A stretch of 64,000 nucleotides of DNA from Chrysomallon squamiferum (Eukaryota; Animalia; Mollusca), in contig CM022671.1 of assembly GCA_012295275.1 (NCBI GenBank), positions 10,540,001 to 10,604,000 on the forward strand, written 5' to 3'. A model generated the notes under the pieces. That model saw nothing but the letters and a program-made list of their open reading frames with translations. It ran no database searches and was not told the DNA's origin. Positions 54,675 through 64,000 of this stretch are shown one piece after another. The translations under genes and the position numbers were made by a program. Position 1 is the first letter of the stretch, and each line of letters starts with the position of its first letter.

Positions 54675-54702
54675 TAATAAGGAAATAAAAGACAACATTC
54701 AG

Positions 54703-54783
54703 AATTATCTCTGATATGCTGAAAAATGTCTCAGTTCAAGGAGACAGATGCAAATGCCAGCAGTTTCTGAAGATGCTGGATAG
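54703..54783 (+). other. Candidate 81-nt exon (IISDMLKNVSVQGDRCKCQQFLKMLD)
   Basis: ttcag acceptor and gtaac donor; the acceptor reads AT instead of AG in the left copy (near 17650). Confidence 0.35.
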
Positions 54784-55079
54784 GTAACACCTGATCAGTG
54801 ACAAAAGCTATTTTCAAAGAAAGGTTTAGGGTGATAATTTTTAAAAATGTCTCCAAAAGTCAAAGTGATTTGTTACATAATATTTGTTGTCTTTTTTAAA
54901 CTTGTATCAGTGTTCAGGTAGTTATTTCATCAATTATTGTAATAAATCATGTTACATAATATTTGTTGTCTCTTTTAAACTTGAATCAGTGTTTAGGTAG
55001 TTATTTCATCAATTATTGTAATAAATCATAGCCACTCTTCTAAATTTAAAAGTTTCCCTAGTTTGTTTTTGAGGGATTA

Positions 55080-56510
55080 TTCTATAAAATTATGACATGC
55101 CCATCTACATGGCAAAACAAAATACTGCTAAAAAACAAAAATCAAAAACTTTACAAATAAAACTAATCCACTACCAAGTTCAGTCAAACTCAAATATGAC
55201 ATTCTGCAGTGCATACATCACATTAAATTCCTTGAAGAGAATCTGGCCAATTCCACTCTCCTTAAAGCCCTCCAAAAGAAAGTAAAATAAATTATTTTAT
55301 AAAAGCAGCTTTAACATTTGATTTAAACCGTAACAACCAAAAGTGAACATGTCAGATGCTAAACTTACGGATTAACTATTATGTAAATTCCATAAAACAA
55401 TCTGTGCTTTTATATATGCTTATAGATTTAGATATGACTAAATACAATGCAGTCAATTGGAGTAGAACAAATTATAAAACTAAACTATTTAAATGTGCAA
55501 TATTAGAATTTTTAAATTTTGTTTCTGGGTTAGCCCAAAGGAATCCCAAAACAGGGTGAATAATCCCAGCCCCAAAACTGGTACTATCCATGCAGGTAGA
55601 CCAAAATGGGGTCTTTCATCACCATCAATTATTACTCTGTGTAAATATCCAAATTTAAAGGCTAACCTGCCAGTTTCTAAAACTCATGCTCCATGCATCA
55701 CTCCTAAAGTTAATCAACCACCTAAATCATTTGCTGTTTTAAAATCTCCCACATTTAGGCCTTCTAAATTTTATAAACACCAACATGCACTATCTGATAA
55801 ACCACAATGCCTGAAATTGTTAGAATACCTTAATTTTTGGCTCCTCGAATTCAACACGGACTAATGAAGACGTACATAAACAGGTCTAAGTAGAATGCTA
55901 TCCAGAATGCTGGTACCAATCACTTTAAGACAATGGCCATTAATCATAAAAGTAATAATAGCAAGAAAACATTTCTAAATATAGATATAAACTGCAATGA
56001 CCAACAACATTCCTCAACTAGCACAAACCAGTTAAGAAATATGATAAGCTCTATCCATAAAAAATTCTCAAAAGTTAAATATTTTTTTAGAGGAATAAAC
56101 ATTTCAGATAAACTTTTGGCAAGTTAGAAATTATGCCTAAAACAAATACTGTTTAGGCAGATAAAAAAAACGAACATCGATGTGGGTATAGAATCTGTTG
56201 AGACAGCTTTTGAAAAAAATACCCAAATACAGACCAACCAAAACCATTATTGAATTAATTGAATTAAGCTTAAGAGTTAACATCTTTGAAGTTAATGGAG
56301 AAATTTAATAGCACATTTGTGTCTGCACAATGGGTAGACATTTAGCCCACATTTTGCCTCTATCTATATCACAGAATGGGAAGAAATGGTATTAAACAAA
56401 GCAACCAAGAAGCCATTTTTATATCTCAGATATTTAGATGACATTCATATCATTTGACAACATTCTAAAGATGAATTCTGAAATATTTTTAATTAGTAAA
56501 TCAAGAAAAT
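55080..56510 (+). mobile_element. Penelope-like RT fragment (mirror of 15805-17230)
   Basis: RYLDD at 56428-56442 with upstream NIFEVNG..MG motif. Confidence 0.75.
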
Positions 56511-57065
56511 AATAATACAATGTCTTAGTATAAGTTTAATAAATAGTAATCATAATAATACAAACTTAATGTGTTATTTTCAGTAGTTTCTTGAACTATA
56601 TAAAAATATAGCTATAGTTTCAAAGCAATGCTAATTGATTTTTTTTATTTATGTTGCAAAATTGACTCGGCCTGCTTTGAATAAATGTTTCCTTCATACT
56701 GGGTGCATTTTAAATCTTAATGACAGTGGCTGAATTTTTTAAATTTTTATAATTTATTTACTTTACCAATAGCCATATTCATATTTATTTTTTTCGCTTT
56801 TAGTCAGTTTTGAAGGCTAAGCTTAACAACCAATGCATGATTCATAGATTAATATCAGCACTGCACTGGTCTGAAGTAATGTTTAATCTCACTTGAACAA
56901 TCAAATTAGTGTAACAATTTCAGCAAACCTTTTAGATTAAAGAGAAATACCAGTTAAAATAGTCTGAAATTTGTACTATACTCAATTATCTCTGTTATGA
57001 TCTTGTTGTTATTATTATTATTATTTATGATTGTAACATTTTAGATTTTAATATTTCAGTCAGAA

Positions 57066-57098
<33 letters not shown>

Positions 57099-59746
57099 CC
57101 GTATATACTTGTGTACAAGGCGACCTTATGTATAAGTTGATGTGTATTTTAAGTCCAAAAATTGCGTCATTTTCAGTATTACTTGTGTATAAGTCGACTG
57201 TAGATTCCAGGCACCGTCACTGTTTTTAGACCAGTGTGACAGTGCCATGAAGGTCTACATTGTACGCCTACTGTAACATAACTTGCACGAGCTGTAACTT
57301 GCACGAACATACCATAATAACGTAAATGCATGTATTACACGAGCTATAGCCTAAATGTATCATAAATAGTATCTCTTTAATGTCATAGGTCTAACACGGA
57401 GACCTAACTTACCGTTATATTTAGCCGTTCTATGAGTTACAAAATTTTATGGCCATAGCCCTAAAATATTGTATATGATGCCAGGCAAACGAAATAAATA
57501 TACTGCACAATTTAAGCTTGCAGTAATTAGATTTGCTGAAAATTCTAACAATTCTGCTGCTGGACGGGAGTATGGAGTCAGTGAAAAACTTGTTAGGGAC
57601 TGGGTAAAAATGAGTACTAAATTACTTGAAATGCCAAAAGTGAAGTGTGCTGACAGAGGCAAAAAGTCAAAACATCCAGAAATAGAAAAGACACGTTTTG
57701 AGTCGGTTCAAGCAAGTAGACAAGACGGCTGTATAGTTACAAGGGGTGCTATCCATTTACAAGCACTTAAATTTGCTAAGAAGGCAGGAATTACGGATTT
57801 TAAAGCCAGTCCTGGTTGGTGCACGCTGTTCATAAAAAGGCATCATTTAGTCTTAAGACAAAAAACCAAAATCGCCCAGCGCTTACCCAGAGAGCTTGAT
57901 GATAAAATAACAAGTTTTCACAGATTTGTTATCCATCATAGAGAGAAAAACAAGTATGCTTTGGGATGTATTGGCAACATGGACAAAACGCCAATGACGT
58001 TTGACATGACATCGAATAGAACTGTTAACAAGATCGGAGAAAAAACCGTGCTAGTGAAAACAACAGGCCATGAAAAGTCAAAATTCACCGTATATTTTAG
58101 GCTGTATGGCAGACAGAACAAAGTTAAAACCTATGGTAGTTTTCAAGCGCACAACTATGCCAAAAGATAAATTTCCAAAGGGCGTATTAATACACGTACA
58201 TCCAAAAGGGTGGTTGGATGCGGCCGGATGCAAACTCTGGGTTAACCAAGTGTGGAGCACTCGTTCAGGTGGATTACGAAAAGAAAGTCTTTGTTAGCAT
58301 GGGACATGTTCAAAGCACACCTGGTAGATTCTGTAAAAGAAGCTGTAAGACAAGAAAATACAGATTTGGCAGTCATCCCTGGGGGCCTGACAAGCATTTG
58401 ACAACCTTTGGATGTCTCAATAAATAAGCTGTTTAAAGATACTGTTTGGCATTTTTGGAATCAGTGTATGCTAAATGGGGACAAGACATTCATAAAAGGG
58501 GGCAATATGAGAGCAGCATCACTAGTTACAGTGTGTGAGTGGGTACGTGACGCCTGGCAGCAGTTGGACCCGGCTATAATTGTTAAGGCCTTTCTGAAGT
58601 GTGGAATTTCAAATGCACTAGATGGGACGGAGGATGACTATTTATGGCGCGAACCCAATGCCCTTGCTGATTCCGTTCAAGAAAATAGTCCCACAGGAGA
58701 GGATTCTGGGAATGATGACCCACTTGACAGTGACGATGATCTTTATGATGATGCAATTAACACTGGTGGTATTGAAGAGTGGAATGAACTTTTTGGGGCA
58801 AGCGATAGTGATGGCGAAAAATGACTTTGAAGGCTTTGAATAAACTTTTTGTTACACTAGATTATAGTATTACCCGGTAAATGTTGGATGTTTTGGAATT
58901 AAAATGTTTGTATTGTTGCAATGTTTCATAATTACCGGGATATATAGATCAAGGTCTATTTAAAGGTATGTGTGGATTTCCAGGCATTAGACGTAATTCA
59001 GTATTTAATTAAATTTTGTAGATAAATTCCAAAAGATGTGTTGCTTTATTATTTATTACCGGTATTTTACATGAACGTGCAATTCAAAGTAAGATAATTT
59101 CGGAACCTCAGCAATATTTTTTTCTCTCGAAACTCTGCTACAAGACACGCCCCCGATCCTATTCCTAGCGCTCTAATTGGCCGAGGCTTCGTGCACTTGG
59201 CAACTGACTAGAATAACAAATATGGCGAGAAGTTGAACTGATTTTTGTTGCAGAACGTTTATAGAAATTTAGTTTGTTTTCGATTCGTCGGTAGTGGATA
59301 TTAATGACGATTGCAATATTATTTCACCAAATTCTTTACAATTACACAAGTGAGTTTTGTTTATGAAATTAGGACCGATATTTAGTGCAATTTGGCAGAG
59401 AAGTCTGCATTCCTAGATCATTGCAAGACGCCGTAAGGCATAACGCCGTACTGACGGTTTTCTCGCTTTAAAATGTATTTTTATGTCATTAAACGGAAGA
59501 ATATCATGTTTTACATTCATATTTGGTTTTGTTATTTAATTTTTCAAAATTTTTTATACGATAAAATTATATTTTTGAAAAGCTGAAAGACCGCGATTAT
59601 TTTAGATGCATCCTGTAGGAAAAAATAGTCAAGATGGCGACTCTTCAGCAACAGCTACAAAAGCATTACCTATGTATAAGTCAACCCCCAAAATATTACC
59701 TTAATATAGTCTCCCAAAAATTCGACTTACACACAAGTATATACGG
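57099..59746 (+). mobile_element. pogo/Tigger-family transposon, copy 2, at the same insertion site in the duplicated arm
   Basis: TIR ccgtatatacttgtgt ... acacaagtatatacgg flanked by TA. Confidence 0.95.
57475..58824 (+). pseudogene. pogo transposase (Brinker-like HTH, CENP-B HTH, DDE_1), full span but frameshifted
   Basis: MPGKRNKYTAQFKLAVIRFAE...; frameshifts near 58090 and 58285; stop near 58400 before QPLDV. Confidence 0.93.
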
Positions 59747-61052
59747 TATATATATATATATTACATATTTTTATAACTTTTAATTTTCTAGTTCTATACA
59801 CACATTTTGTTTAATAAAAATTAAAATCATTACAACAAATACAATAATATGCTACAGCTCATTCAGGTTAATATATTCTCTAAAGCTCTAAACTCCTGAA
59901 AGATAAACTTAATTATGAGGCTATTATACTAAAATTAATGATACAGTTTTCTTTTGTTTATTTAGTTCACATTATCATATTTCAGAAATGTCTAAATGAT
60001 ATAAATGGAAATATCTGAATAAATGTTTAAGATAACAACTGTTGAAAACAATGATAGTTATTGCCAGAAACAGTGAATGATTCACAAAAATGAAGTTGTT
60101 TCAAATGCAATTTGATTTGATTCTTATTTATTATTTTAACTCATTATTTTTTAAATAAATATCCACTCCAAGAAAAAGGAAATTTGACAAAGCAGGTAAA
60201 AGAAGAAATTAACTATAAGAAATCAATGAATTTATAACAGATTTAGTTAATGGACAAGTCTGTTAGAGATTGAGCAGCCAAATTTTAGATGATCTCCAAT
60301 ATATCAATAATATCACAGGCAATGCAATATCATTGATACTATTACTTCATATTTTTAATTTTATAATATCCCTTGTTCTCATTGCTTCTTTCTGGGAGTG
60401 AAAAGTAGTTGTGTTGTTTCAGAGATTATGATACAATGTGTTAGTAAGAATTTGATAAATTTTAATTATAATAATACATACTTAATCAAATATTTCCAGA
60501 AATGCCTTGATGCATAGATTAATACCAACATTATATTAGTTTGAAGTAATATTTAATCTTATTTGAACAATGAAATTAATAATTTAAGCAACTGTTTAAA
60601 GACAACTATCAGTTAAAATGGTTTCAAATTTGAACTAGCTTAAATTATGTTATGTACTGAAATAAAGGCAGCAAACAATTCCAGCCACTGTGAAACCCAC
60701 GAACGATAACTCCAGTGAATAATTTATCACATGTCAGTTCTTTCAAAGAAATAGTTTGCAGTTTCAATAAAAGTTTAAATTTCTAAGGTATAAAACATGC
60801 TCACTTTTATTATTAAAAAAAGGACACGTTTGAAAACTGTAGCAAAATTAAAATTTCAAGTATGTAATGCAATTTATTTTAGAAATATGGTGTTTGTTAT
60901 GCATCATTTTGCATCAGACATATTGTTTGCTAGCTCAGTAGCTGCATTTGAGGAAAATCAAATTTATAATATCTGTTTGCTCAATCACCATTTCTAATCT
61001 TTTTATATCCAGTGATAATTTTTGATAATGAGCAAATTTGTCTTATTTTCAG

Positions 61053-61115
61053 ATTCCAGTCGTTCCTTTTCAAGACTGGTTGTTAGAAGGAGATGGCAGC
61101 AGAAGTTTGTTAACA
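61053..61115 (+). CDS. Candidate 63-nt exon (IPVVPFQDWLLEGDGSRSLLT)
   Basis: AG/GT flanks; mirror of 11292-11354. Confidence 0.5.
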
Positions 61116-61740
61116 GTAAGAATCTATTTAAAAAATCAAAGCCATTCACATAAGTTTAAAGTTAATCCTATTTCAAATAGTGTATCATAACCTTATGTCT
61201 GGCTATTGAAAATATATTTAACAACACAGGTCTTAACTATTAGGGATGCTTCTATAAATGGACTGCATAAACCACTTCGATTGTGGCCAACAGATAATTA
61301 AATGCTATAACATAAATAACTATATATCATCTAATCCATAATAAGAGCACATTTAGAAAATGAATGGACATGTGCATCAAGAAACTGGGTTTAAGGGCAT
61401 TGGGGTGTTTTCCAGAGTGTGTACCTGTAAGTTGTCATTGGCATTAGTGACCTTGTTTTTGCAGACAAAACTAAACATAAATCTCTACATGTGGCTTAAA
61501 CCATATTAGTACCTAGTATTAGGAACTGCACAGACATTTGTGCCATGAAATTCGGTTTAAGAGCAACAGGGGTTTCAGTTGGGGTGTTGCTGTAAGTCTT
61601 CATTGGCAACATTGATCTTCCTTTTGCAGACAGAACTAAAAGCTGTGACATAAATCTCTATATGTGGTATAAACCATATTAGTATGTAGTATTGGGAACT
61701 GCATAGACTTTTCCAATATTTTAATCTATGCTCTTTTCAG

Positions 61741-61795
61741 CTATGTTGAAAGTGATTGGCCTCAACTGCACATGGAACCTCTGGTAGATGATAAG
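61741..61795 (+). CDS. Candidate 55-nt exon (YVESDWPQLHMEPLVDDK)
   Basis: ttttcag acceptor, AAG|gtaagt donor, ends in phase with the next exon. Confidence 0.55.
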
Positions 61796-62282
61796 GTAAG
61801 TTTTTACAAGAGTCGCTGTTTATTTCCTTTTTGTAATTTAATTTTGATTAGAGTCTTGAACATTTTTGATGCATTATTTTGTGCAGGTAATGTTCTTTCT
61901 GTTTATGTTCTTACATGTATCAGTAATTCTAATAAACTTTATTGGTGTGTATGTGTTCTCACTAACTGATATATCAGAACTGCCACTTTAGAATAAACTA
62001 TTATTTTTCCTATTTGTTATCTTTTTCATGAGCAGATCATAGGCACATTCTTAACTTTCACATTTGCTTCTCAGGTTTTTTCTTAATATTATAATAAGTT
62101 CAGATATTTCTTCACTTTATTTTTGCAGTGTATGAAAAGTGGAAAATGTCAGTCATTTATTGAAATTCCTTACCCACAGATGGATTTTTATTGAAGAACA
62201 GTGTTCATGTACTTTGCTGTGATGAAGGATATTTTTTGTCAATCTTGTTTTCTTTTAATAAGACGATAACAAAACATTTCAG

Positions 62283-62432
62283 ACTGATATGTCAGATGAA
62301 GATCAGACTTGTGAAGAGGAGCAAGTTTTTGATGACAATGTTTATGAGATAGTTACACCAGAAGATGATACCTCTGATGATTATGATAATGATTTCCCAT
62401 TATGGGAAAAAGTGAAGAAGAGAAAATCTCAG
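62283..62432 (+). CDS. 150-nt acidic exon, product unknown
   Basis: Strong splice sites, open frame, identical to 9979-10128. Confidence 0.65.
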
Positions 62433-63397
62433 GTAAGATTATATTGATGCTTGTTCCTATTCACACACACCATACACAATTAAACTCAGTTAAAACCTAC
62501 TTACAACTTTTGTTTTACATTTGTAAGCAGTATATACTTTAGTCAGTTCTTTTACTCAGATAAACAGTCTATTGACAGAAGCCAGTAATGAAAGATGTGA
62601 TGGTTCAAAGTGGGTAATTAAATAATTAACAAAAGACTTGTTACATTGAATCATTTACTGTTATAAAATTTCAACTGTTTACCTTCATTTCAGTTTGCTA
62701 ATGTTTTTTTATAATTCTCCATAATAACCAAAACATAGTGATAAATGTTTCACATATCAGTTAGTTCAGAATTATGATGGGACTGTTCTTTTGCTATAGT
62801 GTAGCATTTTATATAAATATGACCACAGAAATAAATAAATAAGTAATTTCATGTGATTTACAAAATCATGCAAAATCATTTAGTTCATAGTTACAAGACA
62901 AAACTGATAATGTTCAGTTAAAGCATTTATTCCTAGTTAAAGTGTCCTTTGCTGATATGAACACAACTATCATGTACATTTTACATTTTAACAAGTTATG
63001 TTTTATTTTGGGTTTTTTAAACTATTTATTTTTCCTTTATTTTTTCCTTTATATTTTCATTATTTTTTTTTTTTTCCCTGCAAATCATAATTAATAATAA
63101 AGTATATATATTAAAGTTTACACTTCAGAAATATATTAGTCTTGATACAACTGTGTAATTTTTTGTTTTTTGTTTTAATTATTCTGAAGATTGTTTTCAT
63201 CTAATGTGGATTATTTATGGTAAGTACAGGTTTAAACTGCACTTTTTTTTATATGTTGTTGTTGTTGTTTTGTAATTTACAAATTAAGGCTTGAAATGAT
63301 TATTTATTTAATCATTGTTTTAGTTCATACTAACCAAAATTTACAAGTTCTATCATTTTTTTTTTCATATAACAAAACTTGATTTACTAATACCATG

Positions 63398-64000
63398 TAC
63401 AAACATAGTCTGCTGATGAATAGTAATAACATAGAAGAAATAAGAGAATTGCTACATGATATTTTTGTGTTTTTGACCTCCAGTCATGTAAATATCTATA
63501 ATGCATACTTCATAGACAAATTAATTCGTAAAATCAACTCTTTTGAAACATCGGTTTCAGAAGAATGTTCTGATTTTGATGAATATAATTTTAAACAAGT
63601 AGACATGAAAATGTTGCAACCTGGTTACCATACAGAGGAGGAAGAATTTCTAATTTAGCTGAAAACTCTCCTTTTAAGGCATTTTCTGAAGTTATCTTAG
63701 AAAATGTTAAGAAGATTTGCTTGGCATGTAAATTTGATGAAAATAGTAATGTCAATACATATTTTGCCGTTATGGTCCAATATACTTTCGACAAATATAG
63801 CACAGACAGAAAAATCTGCATCAGAAATTCCCAGTAGTAAAAACTTTATTCACGAGCAGATGAAAACAACTAGTACAATTGAAAATAGGTTTACAATTCT
63901 GAAGTATATTGGACTGCAAGGCAGAACCCAATATAGACAGGATGATTTTTCAGAAAAATTGCATAATCTAACTGTTTCAGTGCAAAAATTGGCAGCTGTA
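63398..64000 (+). pseudogene. MULE/NOF-like transposase fragment, second copy, 5'-truncated and without the hAT
   Basis: SLLMNSNNIEEIRELLHDIFVFLTS ... LPLWSNI ... MKTTSTIENRFTILKYIGLQGRTQYRQDDF (putative catalytic Glu at 63881-63883). Confidence 0.8.

Larger units (their letters stand above)
52683..64000 (+). repeat. Right arm of the large inverted duplication, continuing past the window end
   Basis: Begins as the reverse complement of 19693 downward; ends matching about 2675. Confidence 0.95.

Overview
AT-rich metazoan (probably invertebrate) genomic window made almost entirely of repeats and mobile DNA, with two 200-N scaffold gaps (30890-31089, 52483-52682). No intact cellular gene is evident. 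(1) At 128-8341 (minus) lies a decayed Mutator/NOF-FB-type DDE transposase gene whose reading continues C-terminally into a USP (C19) deubiquitinase domain, a second degenerate USP-like domain and a Ulp1/SENP (C48) protease domain; small spliced exons lie upstream. (2) This gene is interrupted by a 2.8-kb hAT element with 13-bp TIRs, a near-perfect 8-bp TSD and a 21-bp coding tandem expansion. (3) 2675-19693 recurs in inverted orientation at 52683-64000, including a pogo/Tigger element, Penelope-like and L2-like fragments and the small exons; the right copy lacks the hAT, lacks about 3 kb, and keeps the catalytic Glu that the left copy lost. (4) Between the arms are an ~11-kb AT-rich higher-order tandem array and four tandem 4.3-4.9-kb units, each carrying two TRAF4-like exons (zinc finger; coiled-coil + MATH) and, in the three complete units, a 47-bp minisatellite. 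All family calls come from motif recognition by eye, not database searches. Adjacency and orientation across the N gaps are not supported by sequence.
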